A stretch of DNA of 64,000 nt from Balanoglossus misakiensis (lineage: Eukaryota; Animalia; Hemichordata), in NCBI GenBank assembly GCA_040954595.2, contig CM082586.2, forward strand, positions 12,183,337-12,247,336. Reading direction: 5' to 3'. Every line of letters starts with the position of its first letter. Within the stretch, counting starts at the first letter, position 1. Both the position numbers and the translations under genes were made by a program. Positions 24,201-34,696 of this stretch are shown piece after piece. Below the pieces are notes generated by a model, which saw only the letters and a list, made by a program, of their open reading frames with translations, did no database searches and was not told the origin of the DNA.

Positions 24201-26468
24201 CTGTTACAATGTATAGAACTCATTAAACTTTAAAGCTGTAAATTTGTTTTCAATATTAAAGCTTCAGTATTTCTCGTTTTCGCATAAATTTTGTTTGAAA
24301 CGGCATCTTCAATTTCTAAAAGTACATGATAATTGATTCTGAATCTAACAGTTATCATGCCCAGCTCTGTTCATAAACACATACAATTTACAATATAACG
24401 AGTGAAGAATGACTTTCTGTCCGGACAGAAAGTCAGGCTCTGTGGACACACGTGACTACTGCGCATGCGCACTCAAATGTGAATCTATGCGGAAGAGGTT
24501 TGGTCGCCCCAAATCTAGCGCCTCAGCGAAGAAATGCGCACTAATTCGGCGAAATTCTGGGAAGATAACTATATGGGAGAAATCAGTCGATGGAACCAGA
24601 TCAAATCTGAAAATGGTCTGACATCAAATATCAAAGTGGCACGTTTGCTGATCGAGATGTACAACATTTCCGTTGTAAACAAACCCGCGCATCATTTCAA
24701 GTGTTACGGGCAATATTTACAGCTTGCATATAGCTACAGTTGCCCAAACCTTTCTTATATCTTCATTATGTAGTATTCCATGATGAATGTACAGGAAAAA
24801 CGGGCATTTTTCGATGATGAAAAATGGATACACACGAGAAATACTGGGGCTTTAACCTATAATTCTCAAATGTTTCAAAAAACACAATGCAAAAGTCAAC
24901 ACCCTTCGTAATTTAATGGTACAGTTTTCATTTCACAGAGTACCACTTTCACAGAACTGTGAGAAAATTAGTTTTACCTTCATTTTTATTACTTAATATT
25001 TTGTTCCAGGTGCAATATAAAGGATGATACCATAATAGGAAATCAAGTTTTATTCAATGTATAAATAGAGAGTTTAGGGAGTATTCCTAGTTTCTTTCCA
25101 CTTTGCATAGGCTGTACATGGTTATCTTATACCATAGGATTGTGTGTAAAAATGCAAGAAACCACCGATAAAATATTGTCATTTTCTTGAAATTGTCAGA
25201 AATAATTCAGAATGAGAATCAAAATCAATATCTGCAAAAATAAAATTTATGTCAGACCAGCTTGAGTCTTGGAGTCAGCTCATCTAAAAACTCCTACCAT
25301 GAAGATCTAAAGTGGGGAGAAGGGATGACTCAGCAATTTCCTTTTTTTGGGGGGTCATAAAATTGTCGCTAAAATTACCATTGCTTCTCCAATAATTTCC
25401 ATGTTTGTCTTTGAATCCACACGCACAATTGTCATATAACTAGATGAAATGTACACAGTGAAGTGGTGAGGGGGGGGGGGGGTATTTCCATATCATGTAA
25501 GTCAAAACCTAGTCTGGTAATTTCTATATTCTAGATACAGCAATCGGTGCAGTAAATTCAAAAGCATTTTTAGTCATGGTTCTACTTTGTGCTTTGCCAT
25601 TTCAGGATGCTTATATGATGTTGGTATATTAAAGGAAGAGAAAGTTGTTGAAGTACAGAGAGATAATGTTGTTGCTCAGTATCTGGGAGAATCAGAGAAG
25701 AAAATGAAGAAAAAGATCGAAGAGGCAGCTGGTGGATTGCTGTTTATTGATGAGGCATACTCACTATATAAAGGCAAATCTACGAAGGACTTTGGAGTTG
25801 ACATAATAAACACCCTTATGCACTATCTCACTGGTGACTGTATGAGAGATACCCCAGTATTTGTTCTTGCAGGATATAAGATGGAAATGGAGAAGTTGCT
25901 GTCAGCTAATGAGGGTCTCTTAAGAAGGTTCAGGGAACCATGGATCTTCCAGCCATACACATCTGAAGATCTGAAACAAATAGTGTGCAACAAGTTGCTA
26001 ATGCAGGGGTTCCAGTTTGAAAGTGGTACTGATGGTGAGATCCTGGCCCTGATAGAGGCTGTACCGCCTGGATTGCGTGTGAAGTTAAATGCAGGACTTT
26101 GTGGTCGCATTATCGACTACATGAAGGATAGCATCGATGATCGGGTTTGTAATCCATCCAACACGACAGAACTGTTACTTGTAAAGCTAGAAGACATACA
26201 CAGTGTCAAAGAACAGCTGAGTGGGCAGTGGGTTGATGATCCCAAAACACACACAACCATTGGGATACAGACTGATCATGTGGAACTGACAGATAGTACT
26301 ACAGAGATGATATCTATGAAATGCGTGAATGTCAATACACAGACAACTGGCCATGTGGAAACTGCACATACACATGCACAGACTGTGATGTTGGGTTCTC
26401 TGAACAAAGAGACGCAGACTGACCGACTGGCGAAACTGATGATCAAGGGACACAGACATATCATGTAA
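15247..26468 (+). CDS. Multi-exon transposon cargo gene: N-terminal domain + S/T-rich linker + USP-type cysteine protease + CbbX/SpoVK-family AAA+ ATPase + TQT tail (~1,090 aa)
   Basis: Exons 15247-16356, 16708-16765, 17330-17457, 19705-19860, (20400-20454 candidate), 21482-21664, 21937-22025, 22369-22538, 22861-~22994, 23320-23398, 23718-23761, 23958-24173 and 25606-26468. All are phase-compatible AG/GT except two uncertain donors (20454, ~22994). Motifs: Cys box GLPNPGNYCAVNAVIHLL; His box AIVVHSEIRGH...WVMYDDDHV; Walker A GPPGTGKT; AQYLGES; Walker B LLFIDEAY; VLAGY; NEGLLRRF. Confidence 0.8.
17548..19160 (+). mobile_element. Helentron/HINE-like non-autonomous element in a cargo-gene intron
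   Basis: The 5' ttaggtccca...tgggacc hairpin is followed by a (GTAT/GGAT)n microsatellite and ~4.5 tandem ~240-bp core units (18095-19100). A related 5' end lies at 20101-20360 and an inverted copy ends at 54343. Confidence 0.6.
24260..24851. mobile_element. Kolobok-like MITE in the intron splitting the AAA domain
   Basis: ttaa|agcttcagtatttctcgt ... acgagaaatactggggct|ttaa. Confidence 0.8.
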
Positions 26469-26544
26469 AACTGAGGTCAACAATGGGACAGAGACTAGTT
26501 TGACTTTCTATTATGTCTCACCAGACAGGTACAATTATCAAGAG

Positions 26545-27415
26545 CAATCTGATTAAAATTAGATGTAGTGTTGGGCGCCATATTTACTTTTGCTGATTCT
26601 TGGCTGTTCTGTTAAAAAGAGACGCCCACACTACATCTAAACCTATGCCATAGAAGATCTCAATCAGAGCGGTAGTCTCGGTTACCCAGACGCCTTTGCT
26701 CTTCCGATGCTCTCCAGAAAAGGGTCTGGGGAAATACTATTGAAAGCTTTGTAAAACAAAATGGCCGATGTCAGGATTTTGATCATCGCCTGCTTGGCTG
26801 AGCTGTCAGTATGACCTTGGTCACTGATTCTCGACAATGTGTGATTATTTGTCATATCTTCATATCAAGAGACCGGTACTTGTTGGTTGATGCGAAAGGC
26901 AAAAGGCGTCCTCTGTTAGCATTGTTGGAGAAATTATACGAAATATCTTTAGTAGACGATTGTCGAAACTATTGCAGTGACCCGGGTCATACTGACAGCT
27001 CAGCCAATCAGGCGATGATCAAAATCCTGACATCGGCCATTTTGTTTTACAAAGCTTTCAATAGTATTTCCCCAGACCCTTTTCTGGAGAGCATCGGAAG
27101 AGCAAAGGCGTCTGGGTAACCGAGACTATCAGAGCGGTTGTTTAGAAAACTGGAGGTGTGGAAAAACAAACAAACTTGAACAATAGAAGTTAGTTTCCAG
27201 CGCGTGGCCAGTTCCGAAGTGTTAGGAAAGCCGCTCTGTGATTGGTCGAATGGATCCATTTGCCAAAACTAGATGTTCTATGGCATAGGTTCAGAATGAT
27301 GTAGTGTGGCACGTACACCAAGAACAGCCACGGCAGAGAACAGAACAGCCAAGTCAAAGACAGAGAACAGAACAGCCAAAGACAATGCCAAACTTATCTG
27401 ATTTTAACCAGATTG
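26545..27415. mobile_element. MITE with 9-bp TSD (MULE-like) in the cargo-gene 3' region
   Basis: TIR caatctgattaaaattagat / atctgattttaaccagattg; flanks tatcaagag and catcaagag. Confidence 0.7.
26673..27128. mobile_element. Nested foldback MITE with TAG..CTA ends and 9-bp TSD (AcademH-like)
   Basis: ~154-bp near-perfect TIRs starting tagtctcggttacccagacgcc; exact TSD tcagagcgg at 26664-26672 and 27129-27137. Confidence 0.88.
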
Positions 27416-28532
27416 CATCAAGAGCAGAGAGGTGGTGAACAATTATCCCTTTCACCTCTCTGGTGCCGTCCAAATCCATTGTTCTCTATGGTAAGGTTGG
27501 ACCTCTAGAGGGAACTGGGGGTGAAAGGGTTAAGGTCATATTGTAATTCACTTACAAGCATTTAAATATTCTTATATGAAAATGAGTATTATTCTTATAT
27601 GCAAAAATAGCTCTATACTATTATAGCTCCTATCACAGCCGTTTTAGTGATCTTTTTCACTCGTTTTTTTGTTTCAAAGCTGTTTTATTATTCCTTAAAT
27701 CATGCTAGAAATAGGTGATCATTTTAATGTGGATGTAATTTTGTTGATTAAAGCACCACATGGTTCTGACTCAGAAAAAGGTTTTTCTTTGGTTACTTGA
27801 ATAGCTGTAACTTTTGACGTTTTTTTTTAAATTATTTAGCTTACCAATGCAACATTGACGTGTATACAGAAGCATTATTATTATAAATTGCATTCAACTT
27901 GGGACACAAAAGCATTTATCAAAAATAACATCGGTCATTACACATGCACTGGCTATGTTGACAACCAGAACACGGCCATATGTAGTAGAACAAGAATCTG
28001 GTAATACACAGAAGCAGAATACGGATAAAACAGTAAAATGTTACTACTAATGTTGCTTTAAAATGGCATAAAGTACTGACCTGTGGTAGGGGAAAAAATT
28101 GGCATTTTCTGAAACCTTGGTGTAAATGGATTGATAAAGGCACTACTTGTACACACCAGTGGACTTTAGTATTTCCATTTATTGACAAAAATCTTCAAAC
28201 CAGGTCAAAATGTAGGTGTCAATCTAAACACTGTCCCTGTTATTTTTTTATGTACAAGAAAACAAAGTAACTGCTACCTATATGATTTTGTGGAATACCA
28301 AGTCTGACATCAATAAATGTTTACAAGTTTTTTCTATGGTGTATTGAGCCATTAATAAAGTGTGTTTTTTTTTTTGCAATGATGTCTTGTTGCTGTAATC
28401 AGAGCACATTCTTCAGTTCAGCATTGCCAGTTAAAAAGATACATTAAAATGTCAATGAATAATAACAATGTCGCAAACATTTTCATTTCTTCTTATCTCT
28501 TTGATAAATGGCCAAAGTACATTACATGTTAA

Positions 28533-28871
28533 AGCCTCTGGAGCTGCCACTTTTGCATTATTTTCATGAATTAATTTAAATTGGTCCATCAAAATAAGCT
28601 TGCTGTTAGGTATAAACAAACATCTTATCCATGCCTGATCATGGCTGTATATAGCGATCTGAAAACGCCATGTATGAAAACGGTGCCGCACCGATTTAAT
28701 CAGCTTCCATACAAACAGTACGAGGCTATATTTGTATATGTCGCCAAGAGATGACAAACTGATGCAAATGCAAGTAATATGGCTTAATGGTGAGGATTTT
28801 AGAGGATAGGGAATATATTTGAAGTATTTTACTGTGGAAAAAATATGCAAAATTTGGCAGCTATAGGGGCT
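28533..28871. mobile_element. Kolobok-like MITE, same family as 12295-12599 (inverted)
   Basis: ttaa|agcctctggagctgccac ... tggcagctataggggct|ttaa; the interior is the reverse complement of 12330-12425. Confidence 0.8.
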
Positions 28872-30549
28872 TTAAAGGTATACAGTCTCCGATGCAAATT
28901 AAGCCACATGTACCAGCATGGAAAGTGGAAATTTAGCCACTAATATCTCTTGTTTTCAGTAGGTAGCCATGTGAAAAGAAGTGTGCCACTTCATCATGGT
29001 TATCAAAAGATTTATACACACCCTTGTAACCATACATGGGTAACCGGTATGTGTAAATTGGAGGTGATTGTATTTCTTTATGGATATTAAAATGACATTT
29101 GTCTGATTAAGGAACATGCTCTAGTGTAAATATCAATACCCTTTTCATCACTTGCTGCTAATGGATCTATCCTTTCCTGTAGAGTCTGAAAACATTGCTC
29201 ATAATTTGACAATTCAAATGTTGGTGATAGCATTTCATTATTTGATTCTTCATCACTGTTGACAGTGATGTATTCTTCATCACTGTTGACAGTGATGTCA
29301 GTTTCCACTCCATAAGTGGCATAATCTATGTTCTCTGGATCTAACAGTTCTCTGATAGCAGTTTTATCAGAATTTTTGAATGCAGTAACACTTTGCAGCC
29401 ACAGCTGATTCGGACTCAAATTGTGTTCTGTTTGCAATCTATGTTCATTCCAGCCTTTCCTAAAAACTGTCAGTGAATAATTTATACGAGGAAGAAAAAC
29501 AAAATGAAGACACAGTATCTCTATAGGATTATCAGGATTTAAAAGACCCTGGCATTCCATCTGTAGAAAAACATCACGATAGTATTCCAAACAACATTTA
29601 AATGTATCTTGATGTAATCGTTCAATTCTTTGATTATAAATTGATGATCCAACAATGTGTGAACCTCTGTTGTCTCCACGGTGTGCCAGCATGAAAGCTG
29701 CAACCGTTGTATTTTCCATCCCATAATCAGATCTGACACGGGACGGAATGCCATATTCTTGCACTGCACCAAGGAAACCATCTAAAACAGTTGATGCCAT
29801 CTTGTTGTTGGCAGCAATGAGGTAGACAACTACTCTAGAATACCCATCTATTCCACCATGAACATATAGTCCCCATCTTTGTAATTTTTCCAGGCCATCT
29901 GCAAAAAATGAAATATGTATTAAGCCTTATGAAACTCTTGATAAATGTACACGTAGATCAATTCTATTGGCAAGGAGGACTATACATCACACACTTATTA
30001 ATTAAGTTCAATATTCAGAAAAGCAGCAATCCACATACATAATTATGGTAAATGTTTCACTAAGAAATAAAATCAACATGGAAAAACAGCATCATGGCAA
30101 TGATGCTTAAGCTAGCTTCAGATTTAGTTTGGCATTCAGTTTTGGTTTCGTGGGATGCAGGCCCACTTCATAAAACTGCATTTCCAGCTTCCTCACCCAA
30201 ATTAGTCTTAAGTATAAAAAGAATATGCTGAAAGACGAGTACACATGATCAATTGCTCAATGTATGACATGTACAACATTTTAGCACTTTAAAGTTATAT
30301 TTAGATGTGGAAAATTATTTTTTTTATCACATCAAATATGTACCTCAGAAGTGCATAATTGATTGGAATGTAAATTAAATATGAACACGGCCAAATGTGA
30401 TCAAAATATTTTTCATTCTAAATAGGGTTTCCTAAACTACAACTATACAAATCAGCTCTTGATGCACAATTACTCTCCGTTACTCGAAACCGAAGATGTA
30501 TCTGTATCAGACTGAGTCTAACTTAAGCATCTTTATGACAACTGTTCAA

Positions 30550-30844
30550 TATTGAGTATTATATTATACCAGTATATTGATGGTGTAAATCACGCTATTT
30601 GATTGGTCGAGACACGACACGTGACCATGGTATATTAGCCATATACCACAGTCATATATCTTAGTCAAAGAAAATGCCTTTTTAAAATGTTTTATGCAAA
30701 GTTTCAATATACTGGCATAATATAATAGCAATAAAACACCCCCAGCCATGGTATACCACGAGATTTTGACCAGTTCGTGCGTATATGTCGTGAACTGGTC
30801 AAAATCTCGTGGTATACCATGGCTGGGGGTGTTTTATTGCTTAA
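30550..30844 (-). mobile_element. Hairpin-bearing non-autonomous element (Crypton-like, tentative) in the transposase intron
   Basis: ~50-bp palindrome agcaataaaacacccccagccatggtataccacgagattttgaccagttc at one end; family copies at 60661-60975 and 62926-63248. Confidence 0.6.
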
Positions 30845-30934
30845 ATACAATAGTTCCATTTGAAAACATGCAGTGGTTTTAAGATTTCACTGACACGCAT
30901 ACACCTACATAGATAGATAAATACATAAATAGAT

Positions 30935-31065
30935 ACATGATACATACATATTTACATGCATGCATGCATGCATGCATGCATACATACATACATACATACA
31001 TACATACATACATACATACATACATACATACATACATACATACATTACATGCATGTACGTACATA
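30935..31065. repeat. (TACA)n/(TGCA)n microsatellite
   Basis: Direct inspection. Confidence 0.95.
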
Positions 31066-31907
31066 CTATCTATCATAATAACTTTGTGTAATGTAAACTC
31101 TTACCAATATGCCATAAACTTTGTGCTGCCGCCACATTGTACACACCATGCCTTTTACTTTTCATTCTCAAGAGTGGCCAACGCAGGGCTCGTTCAAAAG
31201 GTTCAATCCTCTGGAGACTTTCTCTTATTCGCTGTCTTTGAACGGAAACTTTCATAGATCTCAGAATACCTTCCACGATTCTTTCTCCGCAATGCTTAAA
31301 AGTCGATTCCTTGATTCTGCGTATGTGCATGTCAAGATCTGCATCACTAATGGGATTGTACTTATCTGTGAAATCATACCCTAATGATTTCAATCTTCTC
31401 CATAATGTTTGACGAGATATTTGGAGCATTTCTGAGATATCTTTCATTTTGAACCCGTATTCGATAAATAATTGTACCTTGTCATCAATATCATATGGTG
31501 GACGTCCAGGTTCACCAGTTCGAATAGTTTCAGTCTCAGATAGTCCACAGTTCACATCACGAGACGTATTAACATTCCCAATCGTAACTCAAGAGCGAGG
31601 ACTGTTTCCAGAGTTAGAGCTCCATATTTCCAAAACAGATTGCAACGCAATATGTACAGAGTTCAAGCAATCCAGTAACAAATGAATGTCCTGCACAGAA
31701 ACGGCCATTACATGGTGCTGCACCGCTTCTCTTATGTTCAGTGTGTAACGTATCATAGAGACAGTTCTCTCGACCATGTTACACACCACTCGCCGGTCAT
31801 TTAGACCAGACGGTAACCTGTTTCTGTGGTCTGGAACAAGTATCTTCACTTCCTTCACGAAGGAATCCCATAACGGCGCCATGTTTGCTTCTCTTCGACC
31901 CTTATCG

Positions 31908-33521
31908 GTTTGTGTGTTTCCCCTTTCTTTTCTCAACTTATTTTCAGACTCCGTTTTTTTTTTCAAATATTACCCAGACTCCTCTACCGAAATCTCTCAC
32001 TTTTTTTTTTTCAGCCAGGATTGTTCACTTTTTTTTTTGCGCATGCGCATTTATTCCCCAGGATTTCTCACTCAATTTTTTTTTCGGCGCATGCGCATAC
32101 GCTATTCTTTCAAATGCGTCCGGGGTTTTTTCAAGTTGTTAAAGACTATTATTTATTTTTACAACTGAATGTTCGTTTTTTTAAACACGCTTGTTTTATT
32201 TTTTGGATGACAAATATACCATTTTTTACAACTTGGATCTGATGGAATATTTTGGGTGACAAATGTGCCTATATAATTTTTCTTTTTCAAATTTTATATC
32301 GTGTTTTTTTTTCAAATTGCCCGTTTTTTGGGGGTGACAAGTGTTCCTATGTTTTTTTTTTTTTCAAATTGCCTGTTTTTTTTGGGGTGACAAATGTTCC
32401 TATATTTTTTTTTTTTGCAAATTGCTCTGCGTTTTTTTTTTAATTGCCTGGTTCTATTTTTTTTTTTTTGCAAATTGCTCTGCGTTTTTTTTTTTAAATT
32501 GCCTGTTTTTTTGGGTGACAAATGTTCCTATTATTTTTTTTTTGCAAATTGCTCTGCGTTTTTTTTTTAAATTGCCTGGTTCTATTTTTTTTTTTTTTTT
32601 TTTGCAAATTGCTCTGCGTTTTTTTTTTTAAATTGCCTGTTTTTTTGGGTGACAAATGTTCCTATTATTTTTTTTTTGCAAATTGCTCTGCGTTTTTTTT
32701 TTTTTAAATTGCCTGTTTTTTTGGGTGACAAATGTTCCTATTATTTTTTTTTGCAAATTGCTCTGCGTTTTTTTTTTAAATTGCCTGGTTCTATTTTTTT
32801 TTTTTTTTTGCAAATTGCTCTGCGTTTTTTTTTAATTGCCTGTTTTTTTGGGTGACAAATGTTCCTATTATTTTTTTTTGCAAATGCTGTGCGTTTTTTT
32901 TTTCAAATTGCCTGTGTTTTTTTTTCGGTGGATTAAAATGTGATTATTTTTGCAACCTCAGTGCATCTGCGTTTTTTTTTAAGTGGCCTGTTAGTTTTGG
33001 GGTGACATGAGTGCGGGTTTTTTCGGTGACAAATATCTCCGTTTTTTATGGCTAACATGTTCGTGTTTTTTCTACGTTTGCCTGTGTTGTTTGTTCTGGG
33101 GGTGTGCATTTTTTTCAAGTTGTAGTCTCTCTCTCTCTCTTTTTTTTTTACAAAGAGTTTTCTTTTTAATACTTTGTGTGTATTTTTTGTGGGGGTGAAG
33201 TGTGCGTTTTTCGTGAAAAATGTGCGCGTGTTTTTTTTGTGACAAATAAGTGATTTTTTTTGCAACTGCCTTGTGGACGTTTTTTTTTTGGTAAGCTTGG
33301 TGGGTTTTTTTTTGACAACAGGTGAGATTTTCTTCTGTGTGTGTTATTTTTGTTTTTTTTGTTTTTTTGTTTTTTTACTCCACGATGGATTACTTTTTAC
33401 CCTCGTTATTTTTTAAACCACCAATCAGTTTTTTGTATTTTTTTACGTATTTTTTTTGTTAAAAGACATCAATTTTCTATAAAATAATGATAAATAATTT
33501 TGAAACACTTGGCGCGCCGTA
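31908..33521 (-). repeat. Right TIR (~1614 bp)
   Basis: Mirror of the left TIR; longer because of extra internal repeat sub-units (32250-32930). Confidence 0.95.
32038..32097. promoter_or_regulatory. Mirror pair of NRF1-type sites in the right TIR (putative transposase promoter)
   Basis: TGCGCATGCGCA (32038-32049) and GGCGCATGCGCA (32086-32097), 155-215 bp upstream of the transposase ATG at 31882. Confidence 0.6.
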
Positions 33522-34696
33522 GCCACCCACTGAAAATCCGTGATTGGCTAGATCTCAAGTTAACGTGGTAACTGTAGCTAAATTTCCATAGGTGACCGTA
33601 TACCTTCTCTACACGTACTGTTGACTGACACACACAATCCCCTAACTCTCAACACATACATACAAAGACCCAACCCACTCCACGTGTAGTCTCCATGGCC
33701 ATGCCACCTAGCCCGCAGGCTACCACATCCAAAAGCATACACACACACAATACATGTCAATTTTACATGAGGAGCGGCTCATGTTCTTTATTCTAAACTT
33801 GAATGATATATAAACTGAAAATTTACCCCGCACCAAAACCCAGAGATAAAACCCTTTTTTCAGGATAAGGGGAAAAAACTCTGGGAAAGCGTAGGTAATT
33901 CACCAACTTTACAAAAAATTCTATTTCTAAATTCATGCCTCTTTCTGCCTCACAGAAAGAAAATGTTGGAAGTTTTACAATACCAAGCAAAATTTGGTAT
34001 TGTAGGTCTAAACTAAAACTGACAAAAATTAATATTTCATCTCTGAATGAATAAAGTGTTCTCAATAAATCATAATAGGTTTGGTGTTACACTGTTCTAA
34101 ATGTAGCATTTACAATTAAAGGGCAACTACCTGTAATTTTTGGTACAGAATTGTTAATATTGACAAATGCATTCAATTGACTTGAATACAATTGTTAACA
34201 ATAACAATGCTGATTATGCATACCAGAAATCGTGGTGCATACATAGACCAAAATTACGTACTGAAAAATTTGTCAAATGTAACACATAGTGGACCTTAAT
34301 GTCTATAAGAATGAATCTCAAACAATGTCACGTGAACGTAAAATATTAAATTTCATATTAAAATACAAAAAGAATAAAGTCATACTATTGAACACTGCAC
34401 ACAGCAGTTGAGTCTAAAGTGACTAATGTACTGGGGGCGATCCCAAACAGAAACGGGTCATATAGTCATAAATATCCCCCACCCTTATAAAGACCCCTTT
34501 CTCCTTGGGATGGCTCCTGTGATAAAATGAAACTGTGCTAGACTTGAAGAGATATACGCAGGAAACCTCATCAGTTACAGCCACTGCGAAGACTTCATTG
34601 ATGATCCCCCCAAATTGGGGGGGGGGGGGGGGGGGGAATGTAGATGAATGTTGAAATCTTCAAAAGCAAATTGAAAGTGTTTTACTGTCAAAAAAG

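Larger units (their letters stand above)
29087..31882 (-). pseudogene. IS3EU-like transposase (HTH + DDE integrase core), 2 exons, 529 codons, one in-frame stop
   Basis: Exon 1 is 31882-31105 (aacATGGCG start, G|GTAAG donor); exon 2 is 29898-29087 (ttttgcAG acceptor). The joined protein has GRP, an HTH (DISEMLQISRQTLWRRL), SLWHIDGLEKLQRWGLYVHGGIDGYSR, PSRVRSDYGMEN, GSSIYNQRIERL, and WNEHRLQTEHNLSPNQLW. TGA at 31591-31589. Confidence 0.9.
12840..33521. mobile_element. Giant (20,682 bp) IS3EU-like DNA transposon with long TIRs and two convergent genes
   Basis: Termini TACGGCGCGCCAAGTGTTTC...GAAACACTTGGCGCGCCGTA. Flanks gccgccc (12833-12839) and gccaccc (33522-33528). Encloses an integrase-type DDE transposase gene. 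TAY..RTA termini are those described for IS3EU. Confidence 0.88.

Noticed and set aside
23958-26468. Bacterial contamination or a prokaryotic cbbX/spoVK or istB gene
   Set aside because: The AAA domain is split by a GT-AG intron containing a MITE and is splice-compatible with upstream exons; its motifs are CbbX-type, not IstB-type.
30879-31257. Short ORFs over (TACA)n (also 37882-38487 and 43020-43299)
   Set aside because: Microsatellite translations.
29087-31882. LTR-retrotransposon or Polinton integrase
   Set aside because: No RT, RNase H, gag, LTRs, PolB or capsid; the gene has an intron and an N-terminal HTH and lies within TIRs.
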